Shown: positions 1-32,149 of the stretch, in pieces | Layout of the letters: the number at the start of each line of letters is the position of its first letter | How positions within the stretch are numbered: position 1 is the stretch's first letter | NCBI RefSeq assembly: GCF_009914755.1 | Contig: NC_060930.1 | From: the human T2T-CHM13v2.0 reference genome, Homo sapiens | Direction: 5' to 3' (one strand) | Length of the DNA stretch: 64,000 nucleotides | Position numbers and translations under genes: made by a program | Notes under the pieces: generated by a model | The model's database searches: none | What the model saw: the letters and a program-made list of their open reading frames with translations, nothing else | What the model was told of the DNA's origin: nothing

Positions 1-1079
1 CCAGATTTTGATGTTACAGACTACTTAGCTAAATTGAGTGGACCTTAATATGTGGGAGCCAATATTGATATTTTTTGAGGGAAGACACATACTTTCTAAT
101 ATAAAAATTTAATCTGATACTTTAAACAGGGACAGATCAAAGATATGGTCACTTTTTTATCCCTCCCAGACATGTTGCATAACTTAATTTTTATAATGGA
201 TGTGAAATTTTCTAAACGTTACAATGAAATCTTTTTTTTAAAAAGAAGCAGATATAAATTTAAAATTCTTCCAAACAATTAAAAATAAAATTTAATTTGA
301 AAGAAACATATAAAATAAAACTCTCAGGAAAGAAATTTATAATGGAAGTCATGAGACCAGCAAGTAGAGAATAGCAGTGATACTGGTAAGAGGAGAAAGC
401 AACATGTACTACATATGAAGCAAGCCAAACTTGATGTTGTAGTATATATGAGGGAATTAATAATTAAAGGTGGCCAATATTTCTCATTGGACTAGAATAA
501 TAATAGGCTTATAGAATAAAGAATTTAAGAAAGATAGCAAGCAAAATTTTGGAAATAGAATTTGGTGTTAGGCATAGTGCGTATTAAAGTGACACAAAGC
601 TTTGTGTCAAGGTATCTGGCAAGAAAAGCAGGCCAGAAATTTAGATTTGAGGAGCAGATACAAAAATGATAATTAGAGAGATGAGTAAAGAATAAAATGT
701 CATATATGCCTGAAAACAAAGTAAGTTTTGTTTTCTCTCCTAAAATTACCCATCAGAAAAGAGAGTGCTGCCTTATATTGAAATCACTAACACAAGATGA
801 TTTCTCAGTTACTTTATTTGGACTTACTTGGAGAAGATATACTGGCCTGAAATAACCATTGTATTTCGGATGTAAATTCAGGCTACCAGGTAGAATTAAA
901 ATTTGGTCAAATAAGATGAGGCCTGAGAATTGATCCTTAAATTTTTAGCATTGTCTAGGTCATTGGTGATCTTGAAAGAGCAATTTACATGGAGTAATTA
1001 GGAAGAAAGACTTCTGGGAATAGGTTCAGTAAAGAACAGGAGGAAAGGAAGAGAAGGGAGACACGTAGAAAACTCATGA

Positions 1080-2097
<1,018 letters not shown>

Positions 2098-2515
2098 GGA
2101 AATCAGTTTTCTTAAAGCTATACACACCTATCTACACCATAGAGAGTCTTAGATGACTCCAGGGGTAAATGTATGAATACCTGTGCTCTAGGACACATAG
2201 ATGATTCCCAAAGTAGTACTGATAATGATGAAGATATTAGTGTTAAATTGTGTCACGAGATGTGAGAATGAAGGGGGGGGAGTCATTTTTTCTTAATATT
2301 TTATACAATATTATTTTAAATATATGTTCAATTAACTTCTATAATAGATACTTGATTATTTCATTTATCTCCTTAGGATTGTATACATTCAAAATGTCAC
2401 CTCCCCCAAAAAAGTGGTATAATCTAAGGATGGCCTTATTTTTGGCATAGATAGTATCATACGGTCACACTTGGCTGTGTGTGAATCCATACTCATCTCA
2501 TGATTAAGATCCTTA

Positions 2516-6038
<3,523 letters not shown>

Positions 6039-6084
6039 TTATTTCCACTTGACTAGATAATGTGATTACTTACATTTTCTATAA

Positions 6085-6465
<381 letters not shown>

Positions 6466-7710
6466 TATAAAAGCATTGTTAGCGACTGGACAATTACCTC
6501 ATTCAACAATGTTTCAAATAATGTATTATATTAAAATGTAGATGCTGATAAGTTCTAAGAAATATTTATACCTTTTTATATGGAAGATAATTTATATCAT
6601 CCATGTTTAGTGCTTTTTAAACATCAACTTTACTTTCTAGGTAATGTGGCTGTGCAATATTTTTTTAATTTTATCTTTTTACTTTTCTATTACTTTTTCA
6701 TATATTTTGCTACCTAAGTATTTCAGTGAAACTTTAAGCCCATACCTGTGTCTGATTGTTTATTATTGGCTTTCCACAATTCTTACATCAGACTACATTA
6801 TATTAGAGACCATTATTGCTAGAATAGCATGGGATTTAAAATTTTCTAATACTGGGGGTATTATTTAGTTAATTATAAATTTTTCTTTTCACATTTTACT
6901 GTGTTTTAACTGGAAATAAAATTATGGCTGCTACAATATATTTTTTGAAATCAACTTCTGTAGTTCTAAAATACAACTTTATCATACAATCAAACCAGGT
7001 AGTTCATATAAAACAGTGTAATACAAGTTTTCTATAAAGTCATTACTGTTGCTTAAACATATTTCATGCCTATTAAAATATATTTTCTACTGGTGATTTC
7101 AACATTATTTCTCATACTGACTTTTATTACTGGAAATGTTCCTGTACATGTTGGCAGCAGATAAAGATTTTTGAATGTTTGAATGCCCTCTGCCTTGATT
7201 TGGTTGGAATTTTTGCTAAATTGGTAATGTTGCTTGAACTTTATGACTACATTTTCTTTTAACTTTTTTCATGGACTTCCTTATATGTACATAATAATTA
7301 AATGTTGAAATTTATGAAATACTTTTATGAATTTAGATAATTTTTAAATATTGTTAAAATTTATTGAACTAAAAAGTAATGTAAATAAAATAATTCATGT
7401 TAAAGATGGAACAAAATAATTAACTTTACATGTTTGGTGATACAGATGCAAATGTTTTTGATATATGGAGATGTTGAGTCTTTTGACTTTACTAAAGGTG
7501 CTGAATAGCATTAAATTCACTATTTTCCTTTTCTGTTTTACTTGTGAAAATAAAAATGCACTAAGGTTGGGTAGAAGTTCTGTTTGCACTCACTAATTGT
7601 GACAGACAGAGGTTTTTGTAAGTATTTATTGTACAATTGATGCATGTTTATTTTTAGCGTTGTTATTGCCTCTGGTGTTAATAAATGAACAAATGGCTAT
7701 CTGGAGGAAC
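6466..7710 (+). other. FAM135A: FAM135A 3' UTR, AU-rich and repeat-free, AATAAA at 7384, 7549 and 7680
   Basis: Follows the stop codon; several canonical poly(A) hexamers; exact cleavage site inferred. Confidence 0.75.
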
Positions 7711-9046
7711 AGCTACAACCCTTGTAATCCTTTGCTTATTCTCTGAATACTAGAGGTATATATATTTTATTTATAACATAGACCAGCCTAATTATATAAC
7801 TTGTAGCCTTTGTATTTTTATATCTTTTGTATATATTATTATAGTTAAAATAATTTTGATTGCTATTGATAATTATTTACTTTTTAGAAAGTACTCAAAA
7901 TTTTTATAAACTAATATCCCAAGTGCATTATAACTAGAAAATGTAAATATATTAATTAGCCACCACATATTTTTGCCAAGCACATTTTTTATATTCCTAT
8001 ATCTTGGCTCTGAGTTTGAAATGTGCATATTCAAAGTTTGGATAATTTTCAGGTTTATCAAAGGACTCAATCATATAAATAGTATTTGAGTGGAAATTGC
8101 TCTTATCATAGTTGATTGATTAGTTTTTGGTTATTTTAATACAGTTCTAAAAGCACATCTGTGTTCATGGTTTAAAATCTAACAAATTTAACTTACTTGA
8201 TTTATCTGGGAAACCACCACACACTATTCACCTCCAAATTCAGATTGTGGGAGATGGGGTACAGTTATGGGGGAGAGAGGAAACGATGATCTGAAATGGT
8301 ATTATTGACTCTTACTTTAGAGAATGAATCTCATTGAAGTATACCAGTAAGAGTTCTTGGTTGCAAACAACAAAAAAAATTATGATCAACCTAAACAGAA
8401 AAAGAATTTATTGGAGGAGGATCAGGTAGCTCACAGAATTGATGGAAAGGCTAGAGAGCCAGGTTTGGAAAACAAATAGAAGCCAAAGGAAAGTAGATGA
8501 CCAAAAGCATAGCCAAGTTCTGATGACCTCAGAGCTAAATGACTGTATTCTTCTCTAGCCAGGATGACCCTGGAAACTGGATTTCAAGTACTTGTTTTAT
8601 CACTTCAGATTCAAAGCGTAGTAGAATGTCCAACTGACCAAGTTTAAGTCTTGTGCCAGTGCTTGGGCTGTCAGGCATCAAAGACAGCAGATGTATCTGA
8701 CCTCGTTAGTTTCCACAGTAGAAAATGGGACCCTTTATTCTACCAAGGTTAACCAAACATATGAAATGGGTTTGATGACAGCACCAAATATAAAAACACA
8801 TCAGGTGTAATATAGTCCATCTTTTTGTCTTCCCAACATCTGCAAGCATAATTCTCTCCATATTTACACATTTAAAATGCATCTTTCTGACATAGTACTA
8901 CTATCCCTCATCCAGTTTTAAGTCCAGGACCTCAGTGTGATGTTCTCTGATTCTGTAATAATCTCATCTCAATAGTGTGCAACTCATAGACAAAATTGTG
9001 ACCTAACCACCACCCCTATACATAATAACAGTATAATAGGAAAGAA

Positions 9047-12709
<3,663 letters not shown>

Positions 12710-13379
12710 ACTTTCTCTTCGTAAAAGGATCTCCTTATCTAGGAGAACCAGATAATTCTCAGTTCATGATAAGAAGCTTCGATCGTATAACCACTTGATG
12801 TCACATGGTCAGACACTACCAAGGCGCAATAGCTAGCCAGAAACTTTTCTTTAAAAGAAAAGACAAAATTCCAGAATTCTGGGGGCCTTCACTATGATTC
12901 TGTAAATATTTCCACGAGTTGCACAAAGCATCCAGGTCTGCCACATCCACTCAACGCTATCAGAGCTGGTGGGATGTAAGGGTTAAGGGGCAGAGCTCAT
13001 TGCACTGGATCCTGGCCTGGATGGAGAGCCTTTTCTTGCTTTGCACCTCATTCAAAAATGTCGCCTTTCATATCATCTGGTTAGTCGGTCAGAATGGACG
13101 AACTAGGAGCTGACTGAACAAAGATTTAAAACACAAAACAGGGAGAATTAGGTAAAAGAAGCATTTTACATGAGTGAGAGAGTAAAAGGTGCTCAATCTT
13201 TGTAAACTATAAAAGGGATCTTCCACGGGCCATTTCGGCTCAGACTGACAAGCATGAACGGAACGGAATTATTCCCTCTTCTAACTGCAGCCACGATTTG
13301 GCGTTTTAACACCGGGCTCAAGGTAGCCTGGGTCTCTCTTGGCCAAAGAGCCCAGGGATGCCTCTAACTCCTTTTCTAA

Positions 13380-13970
13380 AGCCGGCCACGGAGGCCCCGC
13401 CCTCTGCAGGGAGGCTCCGGATCATGCCCCCTGCTCCTCCCACTACTGCTTTGCGCCTGCGCGGAGGCTCGGGGAGTCGGCGCCATGACCCCATCGAGGC
13501 TTCCCTGGTTGCTTAGCTGGGTCTCGGCCACGGCGTGGAGAGCGGCAAGTAAGCACCTGGCCTCGGGGCCACGGTCGCGGGAGGGGTCGTGAAGGCCCAG
13601 GCGCAGAGAGAAGCGCCTCCCGCGGAGGAAGCCGCGTGTGTCCTGGCCGTTCGGTGTTGCCAGGGGCTGCCCAGCTTCTCCCGCCCAGCCGCCCACCCGG
13701 TGGCCTGGGCAGGTTCCTGCAGCGCCCCGGGTCTCGGGTGGGACTAGAGCGAGAAAATCGCTAAGGCCCTTTCAGCCCCCGGGACGTCCGCTTCCTACCG
13801 AGCACGCGGTGGCCCAACAGGACCACAAACGTTCCGGGTTGTTCCTGTGGGAGCTCGCAGGGCACACCGCACTTCGATGCCCCAGAGAAAAATGGAAAAG
13901 AAGGCCCTTTGGGAATGGGAGTCATTGATTTACTTATTTATTTACATCATTATTTACAGGAATCCGCGCT
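13380..13970. promoter_or_regulatory. SDHAF4: CpG-island promoter of SDHAF4 with GC box (GGCCCCGCCC 13393-13402) and NRF1-like site (TGCGCCTGCGCG 13452-13463)
   Basis: Only strongly GC/CpG-rich non-repeat block in the window; overlaps coding exon 1. Confidence 0.88.
13485..13548 (+). CDS. SDHAF4: SDHAF4 exon 1 CDS: MTPSRLPWLLSWVSATAWRAA(R), mitochondrial presequence-like
   Basis: cgccATG at 13485; donor GTAAGC at 13549; no acidic residues, Arg/Ser/Trp-rich; joins exon 2 in frame. Confidence 0.95.
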
Positions 13971-14211
13971 CCTGGTCCAGGCTCCAGCAGAAAAGGATTT
14001 GTGGCAGTTTACAGTTTATCTTTTAAAAATGGGAAAAGTGCAGAAGTGAGCCAAAGGCAAATAAGTATAACGTAAATTAGATGAAGCCAGGAATTGTCAG
14101 TACAGAAAAAGCATTCATGCTTTCAGTAAAACCAACATTTTTAAACCCATTGTTGTTGGAAATTTTTCTCAAGATAATACAGTTAGCAGCCCAGACTATG
14201 CAAAACATAAT

Positions 14212-14529
14212 TTTATTTATTTATTTATTTATTTGTTTATTTATTTTGAGATGGAGTCTCGCTCTGTCCCTCAGGCTGGAGTGCAGTGGCGCAATCTCGG
14301 CTCACTGCAAGCTCTGCCTCCCAGGTTCACGCCATTCTCCTGCCTCAGCCTCCTGAGTAGCTGGGACTACAGGCGCCCGCCACCGTGCCTGACTAATTTT
14401 TTGTATTTTTAGTAGAGACGGGGTTTCACCGTGTTAGCCAGGATGGTCTCGATCTCCTGACCTTGTGATCCGCTCGCCTCGGCCTCCCAAAGTGCTGGGA
14501 TTACAGGCGTGAGCCACCGCGCCCGGTCC
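14212..14529 (-). mobile_element. AluY
   Basis: Y diagnostics (GCAAGCTC, TTCACGCCATT, TCGATCTCC); TSD GCAAAACATAATTTTA on both sides. Confidence 0.95.
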
Positions 14530-14659
14530 GCAAAACATAATTTTAATATATGACACCTGGAGAAGTTATGTAAGTTGAAAACAGTAATTATTGCCCTCAA
14601 ATGGTGCCAGATTTCTATGCAATTTGTTTTCCTTTGTGCAATCATTTTACCCAAATACA

Positions 14660-20521
<5,862 letters not shown>

Positions 20522-20584
20522 TAAAAAAAACTTGCAAAGCCAAAAGTAATTAAGCAAAAAGAGATGATGAAAAATGATTAGGCT

Positions 20585-22041
<1,457 letters not shown>

Positions 22042-23419
22042 GACGCAATAAGTGTAGCCATTTCACTTTGTGTTCACCTCACTGGACTGTCTTCAGTTTA
22101 TCATTATTTACTTTCGTAAAGGTTCTATCTCTGATTTAGAAGATGTTTGATTTTGTTTTACCTTTTTAGGTGTTTTATAGCTGTAGAGTTTTGGCATTTC
22201 TGATTTATCAAATTACCAGAAACAAAAGTTTTGAGTTGTGTGTTGTTTTTGTATATATGTGTGTGTGTGTGTGTGAGAGAGAGAGAGTCATTCTTTTGCT
22301 TTTATTATTTCTTCTTTTAGAAGGTTTTCTTCTTGTCTATTATGTCCATGTAAACACAATTCTAAATAGGTTTGGATAAAGTCAAACCACCCCTTGAAGT
22401 AGAAGAGATGGGCTTTATGGTTGTTATTTCATGATGTTGTTAAAAGAGGCTTTTGTTTTAAGTTTGTCAGCTATTTCCCGTGTAGTCGAGGTAGTCAAAA
22501 GTCTGCTGATAGCCAAAATGTAATCCTAACATGAATACAGTTACTATTGCTCAACACCTACTGTTTAATAGGCAGAATTAACAGGAGTGGTCCTTGGGCT
22601 TAGCTCCTCATCTGACACGCCCTTGTTTCTTTTGCTCTGCCTTTGAAGCTACTTGTATGTGCTTCACTACCAACACCCCTGGCAGGCTGATGTGCACACA
22701 CTTGTGTCGAAAGCTGTAAAGCCTGCAGGTGCCAAGGAGCACAGTGTCCCATCTTACCTTGTACTGTACAGAAATGAGGGGCATTATCTTCCCCCGTGTT
22801 CTGTCACACTGTTACCTGACTACAAAAATAGTTCTGTTTATGTTTCCAACGGCCTCAGAGTCCCTTGAGAAAACTGGTCTTTCAACTTTTCCTTGTAAAC
22901 CCTCTTTCTACAGATAAAGTCCTTCAGAAGTCTGCAAGGTCATATTAGGGACCAGTTTCTCCAACTTACACTTTGCTCCTCCTCGCTTTCCCCAAGACAC
23001 AGTTTTCTGTTCTTCACCAGAAACCCTTACACAAATTAACTTATACATCCCAGAGTTAGGCTCAAGTTATTGATGCACTTGCTCAATGTGTACACATACA
23101 CAGATATACACATATTTATCTTAACCACTTGTATGCATATGTGTTTGTGTCTATTTCTTTAAACAAGGTAGGGTTATGTAGTGATGACTAGAATATGAGA
23201 AAAATATGTGTAATGAAAAAACATTCTAATATGTAATGCTGTCAAAAGCTTACAGATAATTCCATCAAACTAAAAATAAATACTGTTTATCACTATCCTA
23301 AAGGCATAAATTGTCCCGTTTACTCAGCAATCTCATGTGACAGGTACTGTAATTTTTCTGTTTACAGGGAAGGAAACAAAAAGGGTAACTTGACCAACAT
23401 CCAACACCTAGTAAGTGGT

Positions 23420-23875
23420 TGCATTTGTTTCCTATTGCTGCTGTAACATATTACCACAAATTTGGTGGCTTAACACATTTTACAGGTTTGGAGGTCAGGA
23501 GTCTGGAAGGGGTCTCACTGAGCTAGAACCAGGGAGTTAGCAGGGCTGTGTTCCTTCTGGAGGCCACATACATTTCCTTCTCTCTTTTAGCTTCTAGAGG
23601 CTGCCCACATTCCTTGGCTTGCCCCCTTCCTCCATCTTCAAAGCCAGCAACATCGGGTCTGGTCTGTCTTCCAACCCTGTCTTCCCTTTCAAAGGACCCT
23701 TGTGGTTACATTGACCCACCCCATAATCCTGGATAACCTCCCTATTTTAAGGTCATCTGATTAGCCACCTTAATTCTGTCTGCTACCAAAATTCTTCACC
23801 GTGTAACCAAACCTATTCACAGATTCTGGGTATTGGATTCTGATTATCTTTGAGGCCATTATTCTGTTTGCTACA
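23420..23875 (-). mobile_element. MLT1-family LTR
   Basis: GCTGCTGTAACATATTACCACAAA and ATAATCCTGGATAACCTCCC-type motifs. Confidence 0.75.
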
Positions 23876-24109
23876 GAGGTGTAGCTAGAACTTGTACTCA
23901 AATTGATCTGCTTCTAAAAGCAATTTCTTTAGGAAGCTGGAAACCCCTAACGCTGAGATCACTTTTTTCCCTGTGGTTTTGCCCTTGCTGAATATTATCT
24001 CAATGAGGGTTTGGATAACTTTTATAGCATAGAAAGTTCAACTCTTTTTAGAAACTAGAGAGAAAATGATGTCATTTACGCATTGCAGACACCCAGTACA
24101 TTTTAAAAT

Positions 24110-25395
24110 CCGAAGTTTTATTTTAGATTCAGGGAGTACACGTGCAGGTTTGTTACCTGGGTATATGTGTGATGCTGAGATTTGGGATACGAATAATCCC
24201 ATCACCCAGGTAATGAGCATAGTACCTAAAAGTTAGTTTTTCAACCCTTGCATCCCCTTCTTCCCTCCCTGACAGTCGTACCCAGTTTGTATTGTTGCCT
24301 TCTTTATGTTCTTGAGTATCCAGTGTTTCACTCTATAGAATTAGAAAATTATATGTGAGAATATGCAATATTTGGTTTTCTGTTCCTGCATTAGTTCACT
24401 TAGAATAATGGCCTCCAGCTGCATCCATGTTGCAGCAAAGGACATGATTTCATTATTTTTATGGTTGCATAGTATTCCATGGTATATATGTACCACATTT
24501 TCTTTATCCAGTCCACCATTGATGAGCACCTAGGTTGATTCCATGTCTTTGCTATTGTGAATAGTGCTGCAGTGAACATGCAAGCGCATGTGTCTTTCTG
24601 GTGTGAAAAATGAGTAGTTTTCTTTTGGGTATATACCAGTAACAGGATTGCTGGGTCAAATGATAGTTCTGTTTTAAGTACTTTGAGAAATCTCCAAACT
24701 GTTTTCCACAGTGGCTGAACTAAGATACATTCCCACTAGCAGTGTATACGCATTCCCTCTTCTCTACAGCCTCACCAGCATCTGTTGTTTTTTAACTTTT
24801 TAATAATAGCCATTCTGACTGATGTGACATGGTCTCTCATTATGAGTTTAATTTGCATTTATCTACCAATTCGTGATGTGGAGCATTTTTTAATATGTTT
24901 GTTGGCCGCTTATATGTCTTCTTTTGAGAAGTGTCTCTTCATGTCTGTTGTCCATTTTTTAGTGCGGTTGTTGTTTGCTTGTTGAGTTGTTTAAGTTCCT
25001 TATAGATTCTGGATATGAGACTTTTCTCAGATGTGTAGTTTGCAAATATTTTCTCCCATCCTGTAGGTTGTATGTTTACTCTGTTGAGCGTTTCTTTTGC
25101 TCTACAAAAGCTTTTTAGTTTAATTAAGTCCCATTTGTCAATTTGTTGTTGTTGTTGTTGTTGCAGTTGCTTTTGAGGACTTAGTCATAAATTATTTCCC
25201 AAGACCAATGTCCAGAAGAGTGTTTCCGAGGTTTTCTTCTAGGATTCTTACAGTTTGAGGTCTTACATTTAAATCTTTAATCCATCTCGAGTTAATTTTT
25301 GTATGTGGTGACAAATAGGGGTCCAGTTTCATTGTTCTGCACATAGCTGCCAACTATCCCAGCACCATTTATCAAATAGGGACTTCTTTCCCCAT
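24110..25395 (-). mobile_element. L1PA15/16-like 3' fragment
   Basis: Minus-strand ORF NNEIMSFAATWMQLEAIILSEL; L1 3' UTR at the left end. Confidence 0.9.
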
Positions 25396-25961
25396 AAAAC
25401 AATCTTTTTTTAGAGACATGGTCTCACTATGTTACCCAGACTAGAATTGAGCTCCTGGGCTCAAGGAATCCTCCCTCTTCAGCCTCCTGCATAACTGAGA
25501 CTACGGGTGCATGCCACCATGCCCAACTTGATGTATTCTTAAATTAGTTGACAGGAAAAGAGGACCTTGATTAGGATTTAAATGTAGCCACTTCTGACTT
25601 TTAGAGATTTGAATACTAAATATTGTCATTGAAAAGTTTGTACTACTAAGTTACTCTTAATATTTGAACTCCTGGTTTTTTGGCATTGCTTCAGATAGGA
25701 ATTAATGTTTTAATATAAGTTTCTGCAATATTGATAACAATTAACTAATTTATTTCATAGCCCTTCTTTTCAAACTGGTGGTCTTCCAGGAAGGGAAATG
25801 GCTGGAGAGGAAGGAAGAATTTTCACTCTGCGTCCTTTTGTACTTTTTGAACTTTGAGAAATGTGAATGTATAAACTAAAAACAAATAAATAAAATTTTA
25901 TAAATGTTTAAAGTGGAATAAATGAACAGCTCCTATTTTTCTATTATCTCCACTCTTCTAG

Positions 25962-26114
25962 GATCACCCCTTCTGTGTCATTCTCTGAGGAAAACAAGTT
26001 CTTCTCAAGGAGGAAAGTCTGAACTTGTCAAACAGTCCCTTAAGAAGCCGAAGTTACCAGAAGGTCGTTTTGATGCACCAGAGGATTCCCATTTAGAGAA
26101 AGAACCACTGGAAA
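25962..26114 (+). CDS. SDHAF4: SDHAF4 exon 2 (153 nt, phase 1/1): (R)SPLLCHSLRKTSSSQGGKSELVKQSLKKPKLPEGRFDAPEDSHLEKEPLE(K)
   Basis: Acceptor cttctAG 25960-25961, donor GTAAGT at 26115; lies within ORF 25922-26146. Confidence 0.96.
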
Positions 26115-26659
26115 GTAAGTATAATAAAGCACCTCTCAGTTTTTGAAGTATCAAGGAAAGTGTTTTAGTTATTGAGAAAATGAGTGAAAGGAAAGAAATT
26201 TGTTATTGCTTAAATTCTGTAGTAATAAAGCATATTTCAACAATGAGTAAAATCACCATATTGACCATCGATACATGTAGATTTCTTAATAAAAAAGATT
26301 TTCAAGATTCTGACAGGTATTTGATTGTGTTTGTTTTATTTGTTATACCTCATTATTCACATAACAAAATATATAAGTTGAGACCTTCTTTGTTACAAAT
26401 AAATGATGTTATTTGTATCAAAGAAGGTTATGTTATTTGTATCAAAGATCTTATGTGAATAATGAGGTATAATAAATATAACCACTTTATATATGTAATG
26501 TACACATATTATATATAAAGGACTCCAATAACTCAACGAAAAGTCAAAAATAGCAAAGCACTTGAGTCTTAACTTATATATTTTGCTATATGAATAATGA
26601 GGTATGATAAATAAATAACAAATATATGTGTATATTATATGTATGTGTGTGTGTGTGTA

Positions 26660-27870
<1,211 letters not shown>

Positions 27871-28149
27871 AAAGCAAAAACCTGCACTTTTCAAAAGCTA
27901 ATCATCTATTTGACATAATGGTAGGCATTCAACGTAAGTCTTGTATCACTCAAGTTTATGTTGAACCTACCATCCCTTAGAAATTTCTGACAAACATCAC
28001 CAAATACAGCAGGTACTCTTCAATCCTTGTTTTATTTGAACAATCCACAACCTTTGACAGTGTTAACTATTGCTTCTGGAAATCTCCTGCCTTGATTTCC
28101 ATTATGCTTTCATTAGTTTCATTTTTGTGTGTGTATGTATGTGTGTGTG

Positions 28150-30861
<2,712 letters not shown>

Positions 30862-31641
30862 TAGTGAGTTTTAACAAATGTTTACAGCCATGGAAACCAC
30901 ACAAAGTGTAAAATAGTTCTGTCCCCTAAAGAGGTACAAGGCAGTTCATCCTCTCCCCACCTCCTCCCAGCAACCATTGATCTGTTCTCTATCACTGTAG
31001 TTTTGCTTTTTCTAGGATTTTATATAAATGAAACTCTACAGTATGTAGTCTTTGGTGTCTGGTTCCTTTCACATAGTATAATGTGGAAGAGGGATTCTGT
31101 TGTATTAGTTCTAAAATGGGACACTGAGAGCAGGAACCAGGGTGGTAATGGTGAGAACAAAAAGTTTCAGAAAACTGCAGGCTATTATAAGGGCAAAAAT
31201 TAGGTTAACAAATGTGAGGAAGAAGAGACATGGAAAGATACGAGGGTGTGGTCAGAAAGAAGAGTGCTCAAAAGAGTGTGGGATTTGGAGGAGGAACATA
31301 CTCAAAAAATAATAAAGTCCAGTGGACAGCAGAAGTAGATACGAAAGTCATCAGGAAAGAGATTGGTGACCTTTGTGGCCTCGATGTGTGATGATTTACT
31401 AATGTGGATGTTGATATTAGGGATGATGGGGAGAGAGAGATGAAACTATGAACCAGATATTGATCCCATGCAAGAAGACAGAAGAATCTTGGAGTTTATT
31501 ATAAGACTAGAGAAAAGCACTGGATAAGTAAATGGTATAGAATTCCAAAAAGGAAAGGCTATAGAGGTGTGGCATTAGAATGAGAGGCTGGAAATAGCAG
31601 TGAGGAGCAGGGACATCTTGACCTGTTCTTTCTTCCCCAGT

Positions 31642-32149
31642 GCTGTGGACTGAATTATGTTCCCCCAAAATTCATCTGTTGGAGCTCTAACCCCCCAGGT
31701 GATGGTATTTGGAGATGGGGCCTTTGGGAGATAATTAGGTTTAGATCATGAGAGTAAGGTAACTCTTTAAGAGATGGAACTGTTTTACACTTTGTGTTAT
31801 TTACATGACTGTCAACATTTGTTAAAACTCACTGAACTGCGTACTTAAAATGGGTGAATTTTATTATAAGCAGACAATACTTTAATAAAGCTGATGGGAA
31901 TCTCCTCATGGTGGGAATAATGCCCTTATAAGAAGAGATACCAGAGAGCTTGCTGTCTCTCTTTCTCTGCCATGTGAGGACACAGCAAGAAGCGACCATC
32001 TGTAAGCCAGGAAGAAAGCCCTCATGAGAACCAACCATGCTACCACCCTGATTTCAGCCTACCAGCCTCCAGAGCTGTAAGAAAATAAGTTTCTGCTGTT
32101 TACTCCACCTAGTCTATGGTATTTTGTTATGGCAGCTCAAGCTAAGACA
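31642..32149 (+). mobile_element. MLT1A-like LTR containing a roughly 140-bp L1M 3'-end-like insert (about 31757-31896)
   Basis: TGCTGTGGACTGAAT... to ...GCTAAGACA. Confidence 0.8.

Noticed and set aside
13376-13928. ORFs on both strands of the CpG island (106 aa and 96 aa)
   Set aside because: Stop-poor GC-rich DNA; the real coding frame is SDHAF4 exon 1; no evidence here for a divergent coding gene
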